64,000 bases of DNA from an uncultured Nitrososphaeria archaeon (GTDB lineage: Archaea; Thermoproteota; Nitrososphaeria_A; Caldarchaeales; Wolframiiraptoraceae). The translations under genes were made by a program, and so were the position numbers. A model generated the notes under the pieces. The model saw only the letters and a program-made list of their open reading frames with translations, was not told the origin of the DNA and did not search any database. The stretch is taken from positions 10,064 through 74,063 of the forward strand of contig CAZZKR010000025.1 in NCBI GenBank assembly GCA_964655015.1, read 5' to 3'. Of the stretch, positions 1-9,719 are shown one piece after another (position 1 is the first letter of the stretch; every line of letters begins with the position of its first letter).

Positions 1-1
1 C

Positions 2-748
2 AGGGAGTTTATTAAGGACTCAAACGTCGCTAACGCGCCTATAATACCTGTATCTGGCCAGCATAACATAGGCATAGACGTCTTACTTTATGCAATCCAG
101 AAATACATTCCTACACCCAAAAGAAACTTGGACTTGCCATTTATGATGCCGATATTAAGGTCGTTTGATGTGAACTATCCGGGGATGCGTGCGGAGGAGC
201 TTAAGGGAGGAGTCATAGGCGGTTCGATAACTCAGGGAAAGGTGCGTGTGGGTGATGAGATAGAGATAGCGCCAGGTCTACCAAAGAACCCAGATAAACC
301 TCAAGGAGACTACGAACCTCTATACACTAGGGTTGTGAATATACGCGCAGGTGGTAGGGATGTCGAAGAAGCAGTAAGCGGAGGCCTCACGGGCATCGAA
401 ACGGAGCTCGACCCGTCGTTAACAAAATCAGATGGATTGACCGGAAATATTGCTGGTAAGCCAGGAACCTTGCCGCCAACGATGCATCACCTACACTTGG
501 AGTACGAACTCTTCAGCAGAGTCGTTGGTCTTGAAGGTAATGTTGAAGTTAAAGCGTTGTCGGAAAAAGAACAACTCGTCATAAATGCTTATTCTGCGGT
601 AGCAAAGGGAATAGTAACAAAAAAGACGGGTACGATGATAGAGTTTGAACTTACAAGACCCGTATGTGTCAATGTAGGCGACAGGGTGACCATAAGTAGA
701 AAGATAGGTGCCAGTTGGAGATTAATAGGTTATGGCATAGTGAGATAA
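2..748 (+). CDS. eif2g: Translation initiation factor aIF2 gamma subunit (5'-truncated by window edge)
   Basis: Frame open from base 2 (APIIPVSGQHNIGID). RSFDVNYPG..LKGGVIGG, TELDPSLTKSD and C-terminal WRLIGYG are typical of eIF2-gamma. Confidence 0.96.
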   Translation, partial: REFIKDSNVANAPIIPVSGQHNIGIDVLLYAIQKYIPTPKRNLDLPFMMPILRSFDVNYPGMRAEELKGGVIGGSITQGKVRVGDEIEIAPGLPKNPDKPQGDYEPLYTRVVNIRAGGRDVEEAVSGGLTGIETELDPSLTKSDGLTGNIAGKPGTLPPTMHHLHLEYELFSRVVGLEGNVEVKALSEKEQLVINAYSAVAKGIVTKKTGTMIEFELTRPVCVNVGDRVTISRKIGASWRLIGYGIVR

Positions 749-756
749 TCTACGCC

Positions 757-1146
757 TTGAGAGCGCTTGTTGATACGAGTTTTTTAATGAGGGTGGCAGA
801 ATTGGGTACAGATCTACTTGCGAGGGTTGAAGAAAAGCTGAACACGAAGATCGTCCCCGTCGTGATATCTAATGTCGTCGAAGAACTCAGGTCTCTTGCA
901 AAGGGTAAAGGTGTAAAGGCCAAAAGGGCAGGTCTAGCACTCGTCTTTTGTGAGATATTAGAACAATTAGATATGAATGTAAATGAAGAAGATGCGGATC
1001 TTGCCCTACTTAGAGTAGCTAAGGTATTAGGATTGCCTGTATTGACGTCGGATAGCGGTTTAAAGAAGATCCTGAGAGATGCCGGTGTCTGCACAATATA
1101 CGTCAACAAAAAAGGAGAAGTAAGGGTAGAGGGCTTCATACCCTGA
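757..1146 (+). CDS. PIN-domain protein (Fcf1/Utp24-like)
   Basis: VDTSFLM, VVEEL, ADLALL, VLTSD PIN motifs. Usual position after eIF2-gamma. TTG at 757 taken as start. Confidence 0.85.
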   Translation: MRALVDTSFLMRVAELGTDLLARVEEKLNTKIVPVVISNVVEELRSLAKGKGVKAKRAGLALVFCEILEQLDMNVNEEDADLALLRVAKVLGLPVLTSDSGLKKILRDAGVCTIYVNKKGEVRVEGFIP

Positions 1147-1160
1147 AAAGTATATATTAA
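1145..1160 (+). promoter_or_regulatory. BRE/TATA promoter upstream of rpoE1
   Basis: GAAAAG-TATATATTAA matches archaeal BRE+TATA. Confidence 0.55.
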
Positions 1161-1219
1161 GCCAAGTGGAAAATGGCGTAACGAGTTAGTTTAATCAATG
1201 GTAACAGGGTGTCCAAGAG

Positions 1220-1801
1220 TTGTTCATGTTATTTGAGATTGAGGAGGCAATAGGTATCCCTCCAAAAGAATTTCACAAACCGTTGAAAGAAGTTGCTATG
1301 CAACAGTTGAAGAACTTATACGAAGGCATAATAGATGAAGAGCTCGGATACGTCATAGCGATAGTTGACGTTGATGTTGAACCAATTGGTTACCTCTTGC
1401 CTCGAGATGGTTCAACGTATCACAAGTATAGGCTAAAGCTTCTTACATATCTGCCGAAGGTCCAAGAAGTTGTCGAGGGGGAAATAGTTGAACTTACAGA
1501 TTTTGGTGCCTTTGTAAGGATAGGACCTGTGGACGCCTTACTGCATATATCTCAAATAATGGACGATTATTTAGATTATGATGAAAAACACTCTATACTA
1601 ACCGGGAAGAAAACCGGGAAAAAACTGATCGTAGGCGATAGTGTTAGGGCTAGAATAGTTGCGGTCTCTTTGACAAGTGGTGCTTCAGGCAAAATAGGTA
1701 TAACGACTAGACAACCGTTTTTGGGTAAGATTGAATGGATAAAGGAAGAAACAAAAAAGTTAAAGGGGTCTGAGAGTAAAGTTGAAACAAGCATCAGTTA
1801 G
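1220..1801 (+). CDS. rpoE1: RNA polymerase subunit Rpo7 (RpoE')
   Basis: IPPKEF, S1 domain DFGAFVRIGPVDALLHISQIMDD, TTRQPFLGK. Confidence 0.97.
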   Translation: MFMLFEIEEAIGIPPKEFHKPLKEVAMQQLKNLYEGIIDEELGYVIAIVDVDVEPIGYLLPRDGSTYHKYRLKLLTYLPKVQEVVEGEIVELTDFGAFVRIGPVDALLHISQIMDDYLDYDEKHSILTGKKTGKKLIVGDSVRARIVAVSLTSGASGKIGITTRQPFLGKIEWIKEETKKLKGSESKVETSIS

Positions 1802-1982
1802 AGAAAGAGTATGTAGGAATTGTAAAAGAATAGTGTCTGGTGACACATGCGATTTATGCGGATCTACAAATCTTGCCTCGACATACCAAGGTCTTCTAAT
1901 CATCATAAAACCGGAGCTTTCAGAGATAGCAGCGCTTCTAAATATTAAAAAAGAAGGTTATTATGCGGTTAAAATCAAATGA
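1782..1982 (+). CDS. spt4: Transcription elongation factor Spt4 (RpoE'')
   Basis: CRNC..CDLCGS zinc ribbon, SEIA, GYYAVK. Follows rpoE1. Confidence 0.95.
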   Translation: MKQASVRERVCRNCKRIVSGDTCDLCGSTNLASTYQGLLIIIKPELSEIAALLNIKKEGYYAVKIK

Positions 1983-2016
1983 GATTGTGAAACATCGTTT
2001 TCAAGGACATTCAAGG

Positions 2017-2898
2017 ATGCTTGCCTTGCGACGCACTTCTTTGAGAGAATTCTTAAAATCAAGGTTCACAAACGTCGATCCAAGTACTCTTCCAAAGAAA
2101 GCGAAGATTATAGGACATGTGGCGCTCGTAAGATTTCAAGATGAAGAAATAGATCCGAAAGAGTTAGGTAAAGCCATCCTCGAATTTTATCCGACGGTAA
2201 AGACGGTTTTAAGGTTGCGCGGCATCGTTGGCAAGCTAAGACAGCCGGTTGTAGAATTTATTTATGGTGACCCGAATACCGAAACAATTTACAAAGAATA
2301 CGGATACAAGTTTATGCTCGATGTATCGAAGTTGATGCTATGTCTAGGAAATAGTTACGAACGTCTTAGGACAGCAAAGTCCGTTAGGTCTGGAGAGGTG
2401 GTGGTTGATATGTTCGCTGGCATAGGTCAGTTTTCAATACCTTGCGCCGTGATCTCAAGACCTTCTAAAGTCTATGCCATAGAAATTAATGAGGAGGCTT
2501 ACAGGTATCTTAAAATAAACACCGTGCTTAACAACGTTGAGTATGTTGTGGAACCTATGCTTGGTGACTGTAAAGAATTGACCCCAACGCTTGGTCGCAT
2601 AGCAGACAGAATCATAATGGGTTTTTTTGGGGGAACGATAGAAGCCCTACCGGCCGCTCTGAAAGCTGTTAAACCTGAAGGTACTGTGATTCATTTTCAT
2701 GAACTCGTGAGAAGGGGGAATGGAAAAGATGAGCTATGGAAGGAGATAAGTGAACTGTGTCACCGTCTAGGCTATACAAGCACACTAATAGGTTTAAGGA
2801 TTGTAAAATCTTACTCTGCAACAAAGGAACATGTGGTTATAGATTTCAAAGTGAGGCCTTCTTGTGATTTATCGGCAGTAACTTCTAATGTTGCGTAA
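2017..2898 (+). CDS. Trm5/Taw2 (Met-10+) family SAM-dependent tRNA modification enzyme, Taw2-like
   Basis: DMFAGIGQF SAM motif, AIEIN, ADRIIMG, IHFHE. Start uncertain (1963 or 2017). Confidence 0.85.
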   Translation: MLALRRTSLREFLKSRFTNVDPSTLPKKAKIIGHVALVRFQDEEIDPKELGKAILEFYPTVKTVLRLRGIVGKLRQPVVEFIYGDPNTETIYKEYGYKFMLDVSKLMLCLGNSYERLRTAKSVRSGEVVVDMFAGIGQFSIPCAVISRPSKVYAIEINEEAYRYLKINTVLNNVEYVVEPMLGDCKELTPTLGRIADRIIMGFFGGTIEALPAALKAVKPEGTVIHFHELVRRGNGKDELWKEISELCHRLGYTSTLIGLRIVKSYSATKEHVVIDFKVRPSCDLSAVTSNVA

Positions 2899-2930
2899 AA
2901 CTTTAATTGAGAATTGATGGGCGCTTATGT

Positions 2931-3518
2931 ATGGAAATAGTAATCGAGGAACTTGCAAAATCCATCGTCGCACTCTTTATCATAGTTGATCCTATCGGAA
3001 ACGTACCAATATTCATGGGTTTAACCAGTAATATGAGTCGGGAAGAAAGACGTAAAACATTCGAGACGGCTATAATCATCTCTTTCGTTCTACTTAATCT
3101 CTTTGCATTAGCCGGTCAAAGCATCCTCTCAATATTTAATATATCCATTCACAGCTTCAAGATAGCGGGAGGTCTTTTACTATTCATAATCTCAATGAAA
3201 ATACTCCTTCATGGTATGTGGGAGGAAAAACACCTGTCCAGCAGAAGTATAGGTGTCGTACCTATCGCATTCCCTTTGCTGGTTGGGCCTGGTGCTATAA
3301 CTCTAACGATAGTTAACATCCAAACGGCCGGTGTTCTTGTGACCGTAATATCTGTTATAATTGTTTTGCTCATAACTTGGTTGATACTCAGGGCTATAGA
3401 ACCCATAAATAGCTTCCTAGGCGAGACGGGATCTGTCGTTATTTCAAGGTTGATGGCGGTCTTTATAGCGGCAATAGCGATCGAATTCATCGCAAGCGGG
3501 GTTAGATTTATGCTCTAG
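2931..3518 (+). CDS. MarC family membrane protein
   Basis: LFIIVDPIGNVPIF, VVPIAFPLLVGPGAIT, SRLM motifs. Confidence 0.93.
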   Translation: MEIVIEELAKSIVALFIIVDPIGNVPIFMGLTSNMSREERRKTFETAIIISFVLLNLFALAGQSILSIFNISIHSFKIAGGLLLFIISMKILLHGMWEEKHLSSRSIGVVPIAFPLLVGPGAITLTIVNIQTAGVLVTVISVIIVLLITWLILRAIEPINSFLGETGSVVISRLMAVFIAAIAIEFIASGVRFML

Positions 3519-3566
3519 AAGGGTGCCGTGCCTATAACTTGATTAGTAACCTTAAAGTAAAATTAA

Positions 3567-4688
3567 TTGAGCGTACCCGTGAGACGCCTATTCGCAACAC
3601 CGATATGGCAGAACCGAGAGGTTAGGGAGAGGCTTAAGTGGTATTACAGCGTTATGAGTGATTTAAAGCCCGCAAAGTTTCTTATCGCAAAAAGGATACC
3701 CTGTGAAATAAGCATAGAGCGTAGCTCAGACGAGAGGCTTTGGGAAGAGCATGAAAAGCTCAGCAAAACCTTTAACGAAATTTTAAACGATATAAAGAAT
3801 AATAAGATGTTATTTGATGAATTAAAACCGGTGACTGTAAGCTACATCGACCTGAAGATTGAGATTGCTAAGAGGATGCTAAAAAGTTGCCATTTCTGCG
3901 AGTGGAAGTGTAAAGTGAATAGATATGAAAGCAAAAAGCTCGGCAGCTGTAGGGTTGATAGTAAATCCAGAATCTCCACATGGTTCCATCATTTTGGAGA
4001 AGAACCACCTTTAGTAGGCTATGGTGGTTCAGGAACTATATTCTTCGCGGGTTGCACCTTTAGATGCGTCTTTTGTCAGAATTGGGATATATCACAAGAC
4101 CCCCTAAATGGTGTGGAGGTTGATGGAAAGAGATTGGCCCTCATAATGAAAGAGTTGAGAACTACTGGTGCGTTAAATATCAACTTCGTAGGTGGCGAGC
4201 CTACACCAAACCTTCATACAATACTTGAAGGCATGAAGTATCTTGAGACAAACGTGCCGATGCTCTGGAACAGTAACATGTACATGTCTTTAGAAAGTAT
4301 GAGGCTTTTGGTCGACGTCATAGATATATGGTTACCGGACTTCAAATATGGAAACGACAATTGTGCAATTAGGCTATCAAAAGTTCCACGTTACTTCGAA
4401 GTCGTAGCAAGGAACCATAAGATAGCGCATGATTATGGTGACATGATAATCAGACACCTTGTGTTGCCAAACCATCTGGATTGTTGCACTAAACCTGTAC
4501 TAAAGTGGATATCCGAGAATTGTCCTAGAGCCCTAGTAAATATAATGGAGCAGTATAGGCCTGAGTACATAGTCGCCGAAAGATCTGAAGAGTATCCAGA
4601 TATAGCGCGTAGGCCAACATATCAAGAGATGGAGGAAGCATACGCATTTGCCGACTCTTTAAACATCATCTACAAACCTGTATCCTAA
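3567..4688 (+). CDS. Radical SAM protein, PflX-like
   Basis: CTFRCVFCQNWDIS, HFGEEPPL, GGEPTP, PDFKYGN, IRHLVLP. Confidence 0.9.
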   Translation: MSVPVRRLFATPIWQNREVRERLKWYYSVMSDLKPAKFLIAKRIPCEISIERSSDERLWEEHEKLSKTFNEILNDIKNNKMLFDELKPVTVSYIDLKIEIAKRMLKSCHFCEWKCKVNRYESKKLGSCRVDSKSRISTWFHHFGEEPPLVGYGGSGTIFFAGCTFRCVFCQNWDISQDPLNGVEVDGKRLALIMKELRTTGALNINFVGGEPTPNLHTILEGMKYLETNVPMLWNSNMYMSLESMRLLVDVIDIWLPDFKYGNDNCAIRLSKVPRYFEVVARNHKIAHDYGDMIIRHLVLPNHLDCCTKPVLKWISENCPRALVNIMEQYRPEYIVAERSEEYPDIARRPTYQEMEEAYAFADSLNIIYKPVS

Positions 4689-4692
4689 ATGG

Positions 4693-5808
4693 TTAGGGTG
4701 GTGCGATACTGAGGAGGTGCACGTTCCCTAGATTAACGTTTTTCAAATATTTCTTTGCAGCCGCGACGCATTTTCTTACTTGAGAGATTGGGGTTATCGT
4801 TAGATCACGCATCATATACTCTGGATGAAAGATTAACAGGCTATAGGGTATGTTTTCATCATGTTCTGATATGAACTTAGCAATGTTCTCCACTTCATTT
4901 TCATCAACATAACCAGGAACTAAGAGTGTGGTAGCCGTAAGTACGGGCAACTCTTTCCTTTCTGTATAAAACTCGTTAAACAGCATGCTAAAGTTTTTGT
5001 AAGCCCTGTCGTTTTTAACACCACTTAGTGCCAGGCTAAGTGTAGGGTCAAACGCCTTCAGGTCAAACTTTATGTTTCCGCCGCTAATGAATGCTATCTC
5101 ACCACACCTTTTAACTAAATATTCATTGCCGCAGCCGTTCCACTCGAAGCATATTCTCATAACCCTACTTTCCTTTATTGATTCCAGAACTTTCCGCGAA
5201 GCATTTATCGCGAAAGGTAAGTGCGGTTCCGGAGAACCTCCGAAGAAGCACCAACATGTTATCTTATCGTTTTTCAGTGTAACACTGAGTAGCTCCTCCA
5301 CAGTAACTTGTGGCGAAGTGTTTATTTCTTTATGACTCCAATTTTGACAAAATAGACAATCAAAGTTGCATCCGTAGAAGAATATCGCCAAGTTATAGTA
5401 TCCATATTCAGGACCACTTCTACATGCATACTTTGGATACCCAGAACCTGTACCAGCAGGACAGAACCAAGCGGAGCAACAGTTTGTTACATGCGGGTCA
5501 AGATAGTAATGTAATGGTGCTTTTTCGGGTGTAGAGAGTGAAACGAGCCTTCCTCCCACATTACGCCTAATACCGCAGAAACCCTGTTCACCATCTTCCA
5601 ACGTACATTCATTAGCACATATCGTGCATTTTAACCCCCTGCCCTTAGGTGGCTTTGGGGGCAAGTTGTACGCCGTTCTTGCACTAGCGTGCTTCTGTAT
5701 TATGATTGGTAAAACTTCATTCGGTTTACTCCTTATACACCCAATACATACACCAATGCTGTTTGAAATTGTGTTTGAGGTGTTGCCGCAAAGTAGACAT
5801 TTTGCCAT
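4693..5808 (-). CDS. Radical SAM protein (PflA/AmmeMemoRadiSam-like) with Cys-rich N-terminus
   Basis: GCNFDCLFCQNW, CTICANEC..GFCG, FFGGSP, KFDLKA, TLLVPGY. Confidence 0.88.
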   Translation of the reverse strand: MAKCLLCGNTSNTISNSIGVCIGCIRSKPNEVLPIIIQKHASARTAYNLPPKPPKGRGLKCTICANECTLEDGEQGFCGIRRNVGGRLVSLSTPEKAPLHYYLDPHVTNCCSAWFCPAGTGSGYPKYACRSGPEYGYYNLAIFFYGCNFDCLFCQNWSHKEINTSPQVTVEELLSVTLKNDKITCWCFFGGSPEPHLPFAINASRKVLESIKESRVMRICFEWNGCGNEYLVKRCGEIAFISGGNIKFDLKAFDPTLSLALSGVKNDRAYKNFSMLFNEFYTERKELPVLTATTLLVPGYVDENEVENIAKFISEHDENIPYSLLIFHPEYMMRDLTITPISQVRKCVAAAKKYLKNVNLGNVHLLSIAPP

Positions 5809-5840
5809 ACTCAGCTCTTAAGAGTATTGCGTAACCTTTA

Positions 5841-5868
5841 ACTTTTAACCCTAAAGAAAGTTAAAAGT
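5841..5868. promoter_or_regulatory. 9-bp inverted repeat between divergent genes (back-to-back TATA boxes or operator)
   Basis: ACTTTTAAC-N10-GTTAAAAGT, a perfect inverted repeat. Confidence 0.5.
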
Positions 5869-5955
5869 GCCGAACTTAGGGCTCGAATTGTTACCGGCTA
5901 TTCAATAATCAAAGGTTTTTTAATCGTTTAATCATAGCTTCAGACAAAAATAAAA

Positions 5956-7419
5956 GTGGCGTGGGGGCTGAGCATAACGAATGATACTAACAAGAAGAAG
6001 ATACTGAGCGTTGTATCCGTAACAACTATGGCCTCCTTTATGACTGGGTTGAACGCTAGGCTGGCAGCAGTCGGTTTTCCAGTGATCGTTCATGAATTAA
6101 ACTGCGGCATCGACGAGGTCATTTGGATAATACAGGGTTTCATGATAGGGTCGACGATAATCCAGTTAATTGTCGGAAGTTTAGCGGATATCTATGGTAG
6201 AGTCAGGCTCTTCAACATCGGTCTACTGATCTTCTCGTTAGGTGGTCTCGGCTCTGGTTTAGCTATTAATGCTCCACTATTAACAATCTTCAGAGTAGTC
6301 CAAGGTATAGGTGCTGCATTCTTAATGACTTTGAGTATAACGATACTGACTGATAACATTCCTAAGAACATGCTGGGAACGTGGTTTGGGATAAACCAGA
6401 TTGCATGGAGAGCTGGCGCGATTATCGGTTTAACGTTTAGCGGCATAATCATAGATTACTTGGGATGGAGATGGGTATATTTGATCAACTTCCCGATAGG
6501 AATCGTAGTTTACGTGTGGAGCTTGAAGAGTTTAAAGGAAACTTACAGACCAGCCGGCAATCGTTGTTTAGATTGGGCTGGTTTCATACTATTCACACTC
6601 TTCATGATGTTCTTAGCATCTTCGTTAACAATGATGATGAACATTAAAAATTGGGGATATTTGGTGACCATTTTCTTCCTACTTTCTGCTATATCATTAA
6701 TACTTTTCATAATTCATGAGAACAAAAGCAAGTGCAGGGCTCTTGACTTATCAATCTTTAAAATACAGCAATTTTCAACCGGAATAACGGCTCAATTTTT
6801 GTATGCGATAGGTTTCGGATCTTTTATAACGTTGTTAGTAATATTTATTGAAGTCGTAAGGGGTTATTCTGCCTCGTTAACTGGTTTCCTATTAACACCA
6901 TTCGAGCTATCATTTCTAATTTTCGGTATTGTGGGTGGGAGGTTATCAGATAACTTTGGTTTTGCTCCAGTAGCAACGACGGGGCTTTTAATGGCTTCAT
7001 TCTCACTTTATATGCTTTCAAGATTAGGGATGAATGTAAGTCTAGAACATCTGATGATATGCGTTTTTCTTTTCGGGATAGGTGCGGGTCTCTTCATCGC
7101 TCCAAATACAAGTAGTATAATGACTTCAACTCCTCCAGAGAAAAGGGGCGTAGCATCTGCTATTAGGACGTTTTCTTTTAACATTGGTTTTCTCGTCAGT
7201 TTAAACATTGCTATGTTATCATTGGTGGGTTCCACATCTTATGAAATCGCAACAAAGTTAATAATATCAGAGGGACGTGTGGAAAATTTGAGCGATGTAC
7301 CTTTGGAAAAAGTTTACATGGGCATATCAAACTCTTTTTTGATGATGGCGATAATTATGATGATTGCTTTATTGCTATCTGCCTATCAGCTCAAAACCAG
7401 CGCATCTAAACAAAAGTGA
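5956..7419 (+). CDS. MFS transporter, DHA2/EmrB-like
   Basis: GSLADIYGR and GGRLSDNFG motif A repeats, FRVVQGIG, GWRWVYLINFPIG. Confidence 0.92.
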   Translation: MAWGLSITNDTNKKKILSVVSVTTMASFMTGLNARLAAVGFPVIVHELNCGIDEVIWIIQGFMIGSTIIQLIVGSLADIYGRVRLFNIGLLIFSLGGLGSGLAINAPLLTIFRVVQGIGAAFLMTLSITILTDNIPKNMLGTWFGINQIAWRAGAIIGLTFSGIIIDYLGWRWVYLINFPIGIVVYVWSLKSLKETYRPAGNRCLDWAGFILFTLFMMFLASSLTMMMNIKNWGYLVTIFFLLSAISLILFIIHENKSKCRALDLSIFKIQQFSTGITAQFLYAIGFGSFITLLVIFIEVVRGYSASLTGFLLTPFELSFLIFGIVGGRLSDNFGFAPVATTGLLMASFSLYMLSRLGMNVSLEHLMICVFLFGIGAGLFIAPNTSSIMTSTPPEKRGVASAIRTFSFNIGFLVSLNIAMLSLVGSTSYEIATKLIISEGRVENLSDVPLEKVYMGISNSFLMMAIIMMIALLLSAYQLKTSASKQK

Positions 7420-7427
7420 TGAAAAAG

Positions 7428-7513
7428 CGCCGGGGCTGGGATTCGAACCCAGGCGACCCTTATCGGGTCACAGGCTCTCAAGGCCTGCGCCTTGTCCGCT
7501 AGGCTACCCCGGC
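7428..7513 (-). tRNA. tRNA-Ser(TGA), no intron, CCA not encoded
   Basis: Reverse complement folds as acceptor GCCGGGG/CCCCGGC, anticodon arm CAGGC-CTTGAGA-GCCTG, long variable arm GACCC/GGGTC, T-loop TTCGAAT, discriminator G. Confidence 0.97.
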
Positions 7514-7535
7514 AATATTTTTCCAAAATTATACT

Positions 7536-8587
7536 CTAAATCGAATCATTAAAATTTTTACTGCCCTTTTTCCAGACAGAAGGATAAGTGCCCCTATCCA
7601 TAATAACTCTATCAGTATCTACTGCTATCCCTTTAGTAGAGTCTAAGATTTCTTCGGTACTCATCTGCGCCTTACCAAGGGCAACCAGCTCGCCTTTTAG
7701 CGTCATGATTGCCACTTCGTCACCGCGTTTTATCCCCTCGTCAAGCTTAGATATGCCAACTACCGCTAGGTCGGCTCCATGACATATGGCATCAACGGCT
7801 GAATCTAATACATAGACTTTCGGTAAAAATCTGACAGCAGTCTCCACCGGCTGAACGACCTTCCTCAAAGTACGTTCTTCGCCATTTTCTTTATAAAGCT
7901 TGACAGCCTCGTACACATCTAATAACGTGACTGAACATCCCTCATCATAGGGTCCCGCCCTTGTCCTTCTAAGTTCTTGCATATGTGCTCCGCATCCTAG
8001 GTATAGCCCTATATCGTAACAATACTTTCTTATGTAAGTTCCACCAGAGCAAGCTATCCTCATCAGGACGTCCCTGCCGTTTCGTTCGATTATTTCTGCC
8101 GAATATATTGTCCTTATCCTAGGCTTTCTTGCAACGGACGACCTTACCGGTGGTATCTGGTATATCTGCCCAGTAAAGAGTTTTATTGCTTCAAAGAGTT
8201 TTTCGTCAGAAACATCATCATGTAACCTCATAAGACAGATGTATTCTTTCCCAGTTTGCATTATAGTCCTAGCACATTTTGTAGAGTCTTCTAAAAGTAT
8301 TGGTAACACACCAGAAACGGCCGGATGTCCCCAGGCTTAAAGCCTCCTAGGGTCCCGCCATGACCAGCCCGCTCGACACCCAACAAATCTTTTATTTTTG
8401 AAGATACCTCGTGACTTGTAGGCCCCCTTGGTTTATCGAGGTTAATGACGCCTAACCTTAAGTACATCCTGAGAGGCCTCTCATAGGGATTGTATCCATA
8501 CTTCGGGTCTGTTTCAGCTTCAAGCCTCACCACTACCTTTCTTTCATGTTGCCAGGGTGGGACGATTCCCCCAACAGCACTATTCAA
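7536..8587 (-). CDS. cbf5: H/ACA pseudouridine synthase Cbf5, two exons (8587-8347 and 8326-7536), 343 aa after splicing
   Basis: Joining the exons restores [38 protein letters not shown] and a PUA domain are present. Confidence 0.95.
8327..8346 (-). other. 20-nt bulge-helix-bulge mRNA intron in cbf5
   Basis: CUAG^GAGGCUUUAAGCCUGGGGAC^AUCCG. Central helix CCCU/GGGG, 3-nt bulges AG^G and AC^A, inner stem AGGCU/AGCCU, outer stem GGCGGGA/UCCGGCC. Confidence 0.93.
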
Positions 8588-8861
8588 ACTTAACCTTCGC
8601 CTCCTCTTTCATAAAATCCACAAGTCCGGATTCCTGTATGGTTTTTAGTATCTCTTCATCCGATGCGTTCTCCTTTATGTTCAGTTTATATGGCGTAAAA
8701 GCTAGATGTGAAACGTTCACTTTTCTACGTCTGACACCGGTCAAACTTTTCGGCCCTGTCACTACGACAAAATTTTTATCAACAACGCTGACGATCACAC
8801 ATTTTTGTCCAGCCTCCCTACCCGCTATCTTGAAGCATATCCTTCCAATCTCAGCCTTCAT
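8580..8861 (-). CDS. rpl14e: 50S ribosomal protein eL14
   Basis: [40 protein letters not shown]. Confidence 0.97.
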   Translation of the reverse strand: MKAEIGRICFKIAGREAGQKCVIVSVVDKNFVVVTGPKSLTGVRRRKVNVSHLAFTPYKLNIKENASDEEILKTIQESGLVDFMKEEAKVKFE

Positions 8862-9067
8862 GTTCTTTCACCGATTTTTTCACGGTAAATGGCTAAGTTA
8901 AATACATTATTATCGTCTAGTGGATAACTTTTCCCCTATACTTTAAGCTCGGAGATTTTTCAAAAAGTTAAGTTGCAGTACGAATTGAACGGAGATACTT
9001 GCAATAATTTAATAAGCAAGATGCAGCTTGTTATAGCCACGATTACTTATAGGGTGGGGCTTTAAGT

Positions 9068-9556
9068 TTGAAGGTGGTGGCGGTTCTTGGACATAAAAAA
9101 TCCGGGAAGACCAGGCTCGCAACTATGTTGATAAGGGCTCTAAAAGAAATGAATTATAAGGTTGCCAGTGCCAAGCACGTTCACCATGCAGACTTCAGTA
9201 TCGACCACCCAGAGAAAGATAGTTGGAAGCATAGGGAGGCCGGGGCGAATCCTATTATAATAGTATCTCCTAGAGAGGTCGCGATTATGCTAAGGGGTAA
9301 AAATATCGAGACATTATCAGACTTGGTCAAGATGGCTGGCGATTCTGACGTTCTGGTATTAGAAGGATTCTATGGACTACTTAGGGAAGGTGATGACGCC
9401 ATAAAAATAACTTTAGTAAGAAATGCAGAAGAGTTAAACACAATGAAGGGTGAAATAATGGCCACGTTTGAGAATCTGAATGAGGAAGGTGTCTATAGGC
9501 TTCCAGAAGAGTTCTCACAACTCTTCAAACTAATCCTAGATAAAATATCTTGTTAA
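9068..9556 (+). CDS. mobB: MobB molybdopterin-guanine dinucleotide biosynthesis protein
   Basis: GHKKSGKT P-loop, KHVHH, KDSWKHREAGA, VLEGF. Confidence 0.88.
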   Translation: MKVVAVLGHKKSGKTRLATMLIRALKEMNYKVASAKHVHHADFSIDHPEKDSWKHREAGANPIIIVSPREVAIMLRGKNIETLSDLVKMAGDSDVLVLEGFYGLLREGDDAIKITLVRNAEELNTMKGEIMATFENLNEEGVYRLPEEFSQLFKLILDKISC

Positions 9557-9719
9557 TATGTTGCGAAAGTACATGAGTGGTGTTTGTCGTAACAGTTAGG
9601 CGTTGATTTCCGACTTCTGCTGATGATTAGGTGCTTTTATGCTTGGGTAAGTTTCATTGCTATAAAATCTCCCCGATCTAACACCCAAGATTATTAATCA
9701 GAACAACAAACTGAAAGGT

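Noticed and set aside
5956..5970. Additional CTG start for the MFS gene (5968)
   Set aside because: An in-frame GTG at 5956 is available, so the case is not diagnostic.
7364..7552. 62-aa ORF
   Set aside because: Antisense shadow of tRNA-Ser.
9557..9719. Possible C/D box sRNA (CTGATGA) between mobB and cmk
   Set aside because: No correctly spaced D'/C'/D boxes.
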